A stretch of DNA of 64,000 bases from Octopus vulgaris (taxonomy: Eukaryota): positions 126,046,001-126,110,000 of the forward strand of contig OX597820.1 of assembly GCA_951406725.2 (NCBI GenBank), read 5' to 3'. The notes below the pieces were generated by a model. That model saw only the letters and a list, made by a program, of their open reading frames with translations. It ran no database searches and was not told where the DNA came from. Below, piece by piece: positions 55,175 to 64,000 of this stretch. The position numbers were made by a program, and so were the translations under genes. How positions within the stretch are numbered: position 1 is the first letter of the stretch; each line of letters starts with the position of its first letter.

Positions 55175-55882
55175 ATAGGGATTCGTGTGAGAATCAGGTA
55201 CTGAAATGATAGGCACCAGATAGGGTTGAATTTACTTGTAAACACCACCTTTAGTCGAATAAATATACTGGGTACTGAAGTACGTCTAATGAAATATTCG
55301 GGTTATCATACAAATAATTTAACACTTACAAGTATTTATCGCCCAGGGTCTGGTCCAAAGCGCATGCTGTATTGGCCGCACAGTGTTTGGAATACTGCAG
55401 GATATCCGACAGGTCGCAATCCCTTTTTGTGTATTATAAGCAAATGAGTAACAAATGGTGGATAACTGTCAGTTCATTACAGCTTATTCTAATTCATTCC
55501 AGGCCAACTCGGGATGGAGTCAAGTTGTTCTTCCCACCGTGTTGTTGGATTGTTCTTCTGTTGTTTGAAACTCCATCAGATGAAGAGGTTTTTTGCTACG
55601 ATGTAATGTAATTATTCAGCTATTTGAAAATGCGTTAGAAACTGTTGTAATGAACTGACATTATCCATTGATAATTTTTTATATATATATACATATATAT
55701 ATGAATGTATGTGTGTATATACACTCTTATTCTTTTATTCTTTTACTTGTTTCAAGTACTTGATTGCGGCCATGCTGGAGCAACGCCTTAAAGGGTTTTA
55801 GATGAAGAAATCGTTTTTAGGACTTTTACCGAACCGCTAATTTACAGGACCTAAGCACACCAGCATAAATACACACACACAC

Positions 55883-55975
<93 letters not shown>

Positions 55976-56045
55976 GTTCCCAACAGAAGTTAATTTCACA
56001 GTTGGAGGTCCATTTAAGATTGCTTTAGAATCTATCTGCCATCGG

Positions 56046-56195
56046 TTCAGGTGTAGTTGTGTGGTAAGAAGATTGCTTCCCAACCACATGGTTCCACGTT
56101 CAGTCCCATAGCGTAGGATCATCGGCAAGTGTGTTCTACCACAGGCCCAGGACGACCAAAGCCTTGTGAGTGGATTTGGTAGAAAGAAGCCCGTT
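56046..56195 (+). mobile_element. SINE 5' half (family of 17220)
   Basis: TGTGTGGTAAGAAG.TTGCTTCCCAACCACATGG...GTGAGTGGATTTGGTAGA. Confidence 0.82.
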
Positions 56196-56198
56196 GTG

Positions 56199-56235
<37 letters not shown>

Positions 56236-56238
56236 AGA

Positions 56239-56271
<33 letters not shown>

Positions 56272-56487
56272 GTTATGAGAGGTAATGGTGTCAATAAGAC
56301 CCAAAAGTGTCAGGTAATGCTGAGTAAGTGGTACGGGAAGACAAAATAGTTAAGCTCCAGTTTCGGTGATTATGCGAATGAGGATACAATATCCCTGCAT
56401 ATCTCACGTCTATTTTCATTCCTCCACTTCACTCTCTATTTCATATCTTATCTAGAATAACTATTGTTTAAACCATTTTCTCACGCC

Positions 56488-56534
56488 GTCTTCGATGAAG
56501 GAATATATAAATATCCCGGAAACAGCTGTAAGAC
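56488..56534 (+). ncRNA. HHR-like motif (UCGA core variant)
   Basis: GUCU-UCGAUGA-AGGAAUAU..AUAUCCCG-GAAAC-AGCU-GUA/AGAC; palindromic stem III ACAGCUGU. Confidence 0.55.
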
Positions 56535-56598
56535 CTTCTATTTATAAATGTTCTGAAATCCTTCACAGCCTTGGATTTTTATCTCATTCTGTTAATTG

Positions 56599-56662
<64 letters not shown>

Positions 56663-56767
56663 ATGTATGTATGTATAAATATATACATATATATGTGTGT
56701 ATATATGTATATATGTATATGTATGTATATATAATCAAAAATAAGCAACAAGAATGACTCCGGTAAT

Positions 56768-56853
56768 TTGGTACAATTGTTTCGCACTACATCATTTTAT
56801 TAAAAGTTTCAAGTAGCACAGCAGATTTAAGATGCTGAGTGCTAATCAGCCAA
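56768..56853 (-). ncRNA. Type I HHR-like motif (CUGAUUA core), left arm
   Basis: UUGG-CUGAUUA-GCACU...AGUGC-GAAAC-AAUU-GUA/CCAA. Confidence 0.6.
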
Positions 56854-57723
56854 TTATATAGGTTTTCCAATAATACAAAAGCTTTCAAATCAAGTAGTAA
56901 CATTATAGAGAAGGTAGATATACAGATAAAGATGTAGATTTGAATTTTAAGAATATATGAGGTTGTGAAGTCCAGCCACTAACTGACCTAAGCTATGGCT
57001 GTATCTAACTGCTATAAGATTAGAAGTAATAAAGATTTTATAGTTGTAGGAATGGGGTGAGGGAGGTTTCAGAATACCATAAAAGGAATTCAAGCTGCCA
57101 CTAACAAAATGCCAATTACTGCTATTTGGTGAGAGGAACTAGGTCAATGTCAAATGGTCATTAATCCCCTTTACAGAGAGTAGGGAAAAAACCTATCACT
57201 TATTATTATGAGTAGGCATATAATTTTATAACTGGGGGAAAGCTTTATTAATTTTAAAACTAGATTAGATTTAGAAAAAATTCCAATTTCAAGTTTACAG
57301 TGAAGTTTTTTTAGTCATCTATGTTAAATTGAAAGCTAATATAGTATATTTCTTATTATTATTAAAAAAATATCGGAATACTCACAATTTTTATTTAAAA
57401 TATTTAAACGTTCGGGTTGTGGAATGTATGCAAGATACTCCCAACTCACCAAATAGCAGTAATTGGCATTTTGTTAGTGGCAGCTTGAATTCCTTTTATG
57501 GTATTCTGAAACCTCCCTCACCCCATTCCTACAACTATAAAATCTTTATTACTTCTAACCTTACAGCAGTTAGATACAGCCATAGCTTGGTCAGTCAGTG
57601 GTTGGACTTCACAACCTCATATGTTCTTAAAATTTAAATCTACATCTTTATCTGTATATCTACCTTCTCTATAATGTTACTACTTGATATGAAAGCCTTT
57701 CTATTAATGGAAAACCTATGTAA

Positions 57724-57809
57724 TTGGCTGATTAGCACTCAGCATCTTAAATCTGCTGTAATACTTACAACTTTTAATAAAATGATGTAGTGCGAAACAA
57801 TTGTACCAA
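57724..57809 (+). ncRNA. Type I HHR-like motif (CUGAUUA core), right arm
   Basis: Same motif on the plus strand. Confidence 0.6.
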
Positions 57810-57955
57810 ATTACCGGAGTCATTCTTGTTGCTTATTTTTGATTATAATCACCCAGCAAATTTTTATGGATAACACCATACAAAATTCTGGTGCATCTAA
57901 ATTAAGTACCATATTCATTTGAATCTAAATTGTTGCTGAACTTATATATATATAG

Positions 57956-58370
57956 GCGCAGGAGTGGTTGTGTGGTTAGAAGCTTGCTTCCCAACTACGT
58001 GGTTACAGGTTCAGCCCCACAGCGTGGCACTTTAGGCAAGTGTCTTCTACTATAGCCTCGTGCCGACCAATGCCTTGTGAGTGGATTTGGTAGACGGAAA
58101 CTGAAAAGAAACCCGTCATGAGTGTGCGTGTGAGAGTGTGTGTGCGTGCGCGCGCGCGTGTGTGTATGTGTGCATGTGTGTGTATTTGTCTCCTACTACC
58201 ACTGGACAACTGGTGTTGGTTTGTTTGCGTCCCCGTAACGTTGTTGTTCAGCAAAAAGAGACTGATAACTAAGTACGCGGCTTTAAAAATAAATTCGATT
58301 CATTCGATTACAGGTTCTTGAAGGCGATGCCCCAGTATGGCCGCAGTCTAATGACTGAAACAGGAATAAT
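57956..58370 (+). mobile_element. Full-length SINE (family of 17220)
   Basis: GGCGCAGGAGTGG head through CAGTATGGCCGCAGTCTAATGACTGAAAC tail. Confidence 0.88.
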
Positions 58371-58459
58371 TTAAAAGATAATAAATTGTTGATGTCTCTA
58401 CAATACACAAAATATCTTAATAATTATTTTTATTCAATTCCTAATATCTCTGTTTTTTT

Positions 58460-58675
58460 TTTTTACTTGTTTCAGTCATTTGACTGTAGCCATGCTGGAG
58501 CACCGCCTTTAGTCGAATAAATCGACCGCAGGACTTTGTCAGCCTAGAACTCATTCTATCGGGTCTCTTTTGCCGAACCGCTAGCTTTCGGAGACGTAAA
58601 CACATCACCATTGGTTGTCGAGCGATGATGGGGAGGACAAACACTGACACACAAATACACTCACACACACACACA
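58460..58675 (-). mobile_element. SINE 3' half
   Basis: TACTTGTTTCAGTCATTTGACTG..GCCATGCTGGAGCACCGCC. Confidence 0.82.
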
Positions 58676-58684
58676 CATTTATAT

Positions 58685-59612
58685 GTGCGTTCACATTCCT
58701 GTCTTCTACCAAGAAATCTAATGCTTACAGCTTAGTTTTTTTTCTTGGGGCTGGCCGAGTTGGAGCAAATATCAGAATTGAACAGCCGAAATTTGCTATG
58801 ATGATTCGGTGTCTGACTGAAGATTGAAGGCTTCGAATGATTTGTCTGTGTTCCGTGTTTGTCCCTTCCTGTTTTTCACGTTCTTTATATATAAAATATT
58901 TATCCCTATATTATTGCGGCGTTACGTGCACCCCCCCCCCCGTTTGTTTATCACAATTTTAAACTCTGCATGACATCTTTCTTTCCTGTCCACCATTGCT
59001 TCTTGACCAAACTATTTTGGCGCCCTTTTTTCTTCCCCCTCTTCCTCCCATCCTCCTCAATCCCTTCTCTCTCTTTTTCTCTTGGTCTCTGACTGATTCT
59101 GTCCCCTGCCTTCCACCCTCTTTGATTCCCTCTCTCTCTGTCTCTCTTTTCTCTCTCCCTTGCAACCTGCTGCTTCTCCACCATTTCGTTGGCGATCGTA
59201 TCTCGCCAACATCAGTATTTGTCTCCTCTACCGAAAAGGTAATTATTTCTACGCCAGCTGCTATGTTGTTGTTGTTTTTGTCTCATTTGGTCTAAAGTCG
59301 TAAGACAACCACCGTTATATTATATTTTGTTTAACCGTTACCGTTTTCAATTTCGTTTTCGTCTCTCGTATTTACATCCGTCTCGTGCGTTCACAATCCT
59401 GTCTTCTACCAAGAAATCTAATGCTTACAGCTTAGTTTTTTTTTTCTTGGGGCTGGCCGAGTTGGAGCAAATATCAGAATTGAACAGCCGAAATTTGCTA
59501 TGATGATTCGGTGTCTGACTGAAGATTGAAGGCTTCGAATGATTTGTCTGTGTTCCGTGTTTGTCCCTTCCTGTTTTTCACGTTCTTTATATATAAAACA
59601 TTTATCCCTATA
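58685..59612. mobile_element. Non-coding unit with about 225-bp near-identical direct terminal repeats
   Basis: 58685-58910 matches 59386-59612 (GTGCGTTCACA...TTTATCCCTATA); (AT)n follows. Confidence 0.88.
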
Positions 59613-59632
59613 TATATATATATATATATATA

Positions 59633-59788
59633 CGACAGGCTTCTTTTAGTTTCCATCTACCAAATCCACTCACAAGGCTTTGGTCAACCTGAAGCTATAG
59701 CAGAAGACACTTTCCCAAGGTGCCATGCAGTAGGACTGAACCCGGATCTTGTGGCTGGGAAGCAAGCTTCTTACCACACAGCCACTTC
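59633..59788 (-). mobile_element. SINE 5' half
   Basis: TCTACCAAATCCACTCACAAGGCTTTGGTC...AAGCTTCTTACCACACAGCCAC. Confidence 0.85.
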
Positions 59789-59800
59789 ATAAAGATATAA

Positions 59801-60050
59801 TACAGTAATACCTCGCAGTACGAGTTTAATTCCTTCCATGACCGAGCTCGTATTATGATTTACTCGTTTTACAAATCAATTTTTCCCATTGAAATTAACT
59901 AAAATATAATCATTCCGTTCCAGACCCCCCCTCCCCCCAAAAGACCCTCAAAAATAATCTTTTATGGGTTTTAAAACAGAAAAGGTGTAGTTACAAATAA
60001 TATGGTAATTATAAAAAAGAGAATGCAAAACTGGATTATTACCTGAATTA
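59801..60050 (+). mobile_element. Tigger-like non-autonomous element end
   Basis: TA-CAGTAATACCTCG terminus similar to 7457. Confidence 0.5.
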
Positions 60051-60834
60051 CCTTAAAGTTGGGACGATTTGGTTGAGAATCACCGGACTTAAACAATAAT
60101 TCGCAGATCGAAAATTTTCAATAGTTTCGTTCTATATGGCAAGCCGGTCCATCCGTGTCCACTGTGTTCTATTGTTTCTTTGCACGTTTTGTATTAGATG
60201 CGAGATGAAAAGAGGTTGTTAGTCCTTATCGGAAACTTTTACCATTTTTTTTAAAGGAAAGGCAAAACTGTGACCAGTTTCCGCGAACCTCTTATTGGGA
60301 TAAAATAGGGACGGAGAGGGAGCAGAAAAGGGAGAGAAGGGGGGAGAAGGGAGGAGAGAGAATAATCGATCCTTGGAGTCGTTCTGGTCCTGCAGTTATT
60401 GACCCCGGAAAGGAATTAAATGACAACTTGACTCTTGATTGATTCATGGAGTCACTGGAAGTCTTCGACAGTGACGAGTGATTCACGGAATATCCAGGAT
60501 GTGGCAGACGGAGAAAGAGAAAGGGCAGCCCCAGCACCAAGCTGGGACTCATTTACAGCAGGCACGACACGAAGTATCTTGCTCAAGGACACAACATGTA
60601 GTCCGATCTAGGAATTGAACCGACGATTCGACAGTCATGAGTCGAACGTCGCTAACTACTTAGCCACGCGCGTTCTTAAAAAAATTTAACGCAACACTAA
60701 ATTAAATTACCTTTCGTCGCAATTTACCTACAGTGAGAGTTCTAGTGGTGGTTGGGGGGAGGAACAGGGGACGTCTACTTTGTCCCCTTATCAAGCGGGG
60801 GAGGGGGTATCAGTGAAATCACGTATCCTATTTC

Positions 60835-60997
60835 TTTATTACCCACAAGGGGCTAAACACAGAGGGGACAAACAAGGACAGACATAGAGGATGAAAGGCA
60901 AAGTCGACCTCGGCGGAATTTGAACTCACAACGTAACGCAGACGAAATACCGCTAAGCATTTCGCCCGGTGTGCTAACGTTTCTGCCAGCTCGCCAC
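60835..60997 (-). mobile_element. SINE (family of 19862), internally deleted
   Basis: Head GGCGAGCTGGCAGAAACG and tail TGTGGGTAATAAAGAAATAG; flanked by duplicated CAGTGAAATCACGTATCC. Confidence 0.85.
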
Positions 60998-61360
60998 CAG
61001 TGAAATCACGTATCCGTTAAATACTGCAGTTAATATTACTCACCCACCCACCCCAAAATGGGGTTCCTTTCTGTGTTAGAAATATTTATTGCTAATTTTT
61101 GTAGGGTGGTGAGTCGCACAATCGGTGGAGCATCGGAAAAAATGCATTTCTGGGTTTTTTTAAAAACTTATCTGCTTTTGCGTTCTTACTTTGAATCTCG
61201 TTTGGGTCGATTTTATTTTTCATTGTTACGAATGTATGCGCATGCGTCGATAAAGAAAATGGTACCAGTTAAACACTGGAGTCAAATCCAACTTTCTTTG
61301 GATTCACAGTCGCTGATAGGGTTGTGAGGTTGGGATGTTAACAGCTTTTAACACTGTAAA

Positions 61361-61532
61361 CACCGCCACCACCACCACCAAAACCATGACCGCCACCACA
61401 ACCACAACCATTACCACCACTATCATCACTAATATCTCAAACACCACTACTACCAGAACTACTACAACCACTACCATGACCACCACCACAACTACAAGCA
61501 TTACCACCACCATCACCACTACTATCTCAAAC

Positions 61533-61564
<32 letters not shown>

Positions 61565-61566
61565 CA
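61361..61566. repeat. (ACC)/(AAC) degenerate trinucleotide tract
   Basis: Directly visible. Confidence 0.9.
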
Positions 61567-61694
61567 GCCTTCATTGTATTGCAGCAGGTAAAAGAGAAGA
61601 GATGTCAGCAATATCGAAACTCCCCACCCCACCCCCGATGATAGCCGATGCGGTACATGCCAATTAATTCATACCGGCCCATATAAGAACAAAA

Positions 61695-62300
61695 ATGGGG
61701 AAAATATTCACAAACGCAAATATGAACTGTAAAAGCAGAAATTTAATCTACTGCATCAAATGCCCGAATTGTGAAGACCTGTATGTTGACCAGACAGGAA
61801 ATGCACCATCAGAATGCTCACGTGTGCACCGACAACAAATTAAAAATCCAGAAGTCCGCCAAATACCGCTGAGTAATCAGCTAGCAACATAAACTATACA
61901 ATCCGAATGAAATCGAGAGGAAACTGAGAGAAAAGGACTTCATTAATACATTCACACCCAAACTTTATAAACAATAATAAATATTGATGTTATTTATGAT
62001 TTAAAAGTCTCATCCCCATATATAAAAATTAAAAATCTCTAAAAATTTCTGATGTCATCGTTTCTAAAAAATGGACACTGAAACATGGTATGACATCATT
62101 TTTAAAAATAGCCAAGTAACTACTAATTCTATCCACAGGAATGTATATGAAGGACAAAATGTAACCATTCAACAACAGTTGAAACCAATGAACACAACTG
62201 TCATCACAACCATATGAACCTGAATATTGCCTAAATGCAAGAAAGTAAACTAGTTCAATAACAATGGACATTTAATATTTCATTTGTTCATTAAGAATAG
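61695..62300 (+). mobile_element. PLE 3' fragment: GIY-YIG remnant followed by HHR-bearing tail
   Basis: NMNCKSRNLIYCIKCPNCEDLYVDQTGN...VHRQQI. Confidence 0.82.
62215..62257 (+). ncRNA. Minimal HHR-like motif (CUGAAUA core)
   Basis: UGAAC-CUGAAUA-UUGC-cuaaau-GCAA-GAAAG-UAAA-CUA/GUUCA. Confidence 0.55.
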
Positions 62301-62590
62301 GCAATTAATACTTCATTTCATTTCTTTTTACTCTATTATTTTTGACATTTCTGTCATACACGAACTCTATTGATCACCCCCGCTTTTTTTTTTCTTCTTT
62401 CTCGATCCCTTTTGATTGGAATTCGAACCATTTTTCTTTCTCTTCTTCCCAAAAAGAAAAGCTCTACTTTGTATTTTGTCCCTTCTGTGGGACTAATAAA
62501 GAAATCTATTTTATATCTCATATTAATAATATAAGAGTTGGAATTCCTTTGAGTAATATATTCTTCTATACACAATCATACAAACCACTT

Positions 62591-62647
<57 letters not shown>

Positions 62648-62881
62648 AATCCGAAAATGGAGATAACCTCAGATCAACAAATACATCAATTGGACCACAT
62701 TTGTAGCTAATCATCTAATACAAAACATGAGATAACATTTTCTTCGTTATTCTGTTGTTATCTGTACTCTACGAGCATAGTGTGCCCGCATACCCACGCC
62801 CAGAGGTAATATGAGTAGCGGATACCGATAGCATATACATATATTTTATCCCTTAGTCTGTTATTATAACCGCTAACTCTG

Positions 62882-62954
<73 letters not shown>

Positions 62955-63029
62955 ATATATATATATATATATATATATACATAATATATATATACATACA
63001 CATACACACACGTATATATATATACATAT

Positions 63030-63081
<52 letters not shown>

Positions 63082-63226
63082 AAAGCAATTAAGATTCAAG
63101 TGAGTTCTGTTGAATTCACATGAATTCGGTACTTAACTTAGATGCACCAGAAATCTATATGCTATTAACCATAAGATAATGCGGGGTGATTATAAACAAG
63201 AAAAAAGCAACAAAAATGGATCAATA

Positions 63227-63316
63227 TTTCGGTACAATTGTTTCGTACGAAGACCAGCTTTATTAAGGCTGCAAATATTGCAGTAAATATAAGTGACCCG
63301 TACTCATCAGCCGAAA
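63227..63316 (-). ncRNA. Canonical-core type I hammerhead ribozyme, left arm
   Basis: Reverse complement of 63604-63693. Confidence 0.83.
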
Positions 63317-63603
63317 AAACATCTGAGTTCTCCAAACATCTAAGGGAAAATGGAAATGTAAATCCATCCATATTGAAGTAAGTTTGAAATCAAACTTATT
63401 TCAATACGGATGGATTTACATTTCCATTTTCTGGGAAACTAAAAGGTTTTTTAAAATACTTTTTTAAGACCTGTTATATGGCTGTGCAATATCAAAGAAC
63501 TTTGGAAGTCCGTTTGTTATCTAAATCTGATTTTTATAGAACTATCCCTGATGTTTCAGGAGTGTAGCCTCACCCCCTTAGATGTTTGGAGAACTCAGAT
63601 GTT

Positions 63604-63693
63604 TTTCGGCTGATGAGTACGGGTCACTTATATTTACTGCAATATTTGCAGCCTTAATAAAGCTGGTCTTCGTACGAAACAATTGTACCGAAA
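63604..63693 (+). ncRNA. Canonical-core type I hammerhead ribozyme with long stem II insert
   Basis: UUUCGG-CUGAUGA-GUACG...(CUGCAAUAUUUGCAG)...CGUAC-GAAAC-AAUU-GUA/CCGAAA. Confidence 0.85.
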
Positions 63694-63826
63694 TATTGAT
63701 CCATTTTTGTTGCTTTTTTCTTATATATATATATATATATATAGGTACATATGGGCAGCTGAGTGGATGTATGGTTGCGTAAGGGTATGTATGTGTTATG
63801 TGTATATGTGCATGGGTGTGTATATG

Positions 63827-63862
<36 letters not shown>

Positions 63863-64000
63863 TACACACACATATACACACCCATGCACATATATCCACT
63901 CAGCTGCCCATATGTACCTACATGAATATATACATACACAAATACACATATGCGTATATACAGACACACACTTATATATATAAAAAATAACAGCTGCAAT

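Larger units (their letters stand above)
56729..57943. mobile_element. Fold-back HHR element: about 400-bp inverted arms 56729-57133 / 57445-57848, plus 3' tail to (TA)n
   Basis: Arms are near-identical reverse complements; no coding ORF. Confidence 0.92.
63078..63722. mobile_element. Fold-back HHR element between (TA)n tracts
   Basis: 63198-63345 is the reverse complement of 63576-63722; central hairpin 63346-63431. Confidence 0.93.

Overview
AT-rich, repeat-saturated animal genomic DNA. The SINE families, microsatellite load and transposon mix resemble an octopus-type cephalopod genome (inferred from recognition, not a search). No intact host protein-coding gene is supported, and nearly all long ORFs in the track are microsatellite artefacts. 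The window holds: decayed non-LTR retrotransposons (R4/Dong-like, RTE, L1/Tx1-like, CR1-like); DNA transposon remnants (two mariners, a mariner MITE, Tigger/pogo, hAT, Helitron, and a piggyBac with a 119-bp tandem array); many tRNA-derived SINEs; and Penelope-like elements (PLEs), including a young Neptune-type RT/GIY-YIG copy present twice in inverted orientation. The main signal not explained by the ORF track is about 17 type-I hammerhead ribozyme (HHR)-like motifs on both strands, read by eye. About five have canonical or near-canonical cores, many have palindromic stem III, and several have stem II inserts of about 45-65 nt. They lie in short, mostly non-coding units next to (AT)n that recur in two architectures: tail-out fold-back inverted pairs and direct-repeat retrozyme-like monomers. 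Junction sequences suggest snap-back self-priming during integration. All structures were called by manual pairing and none were computed.
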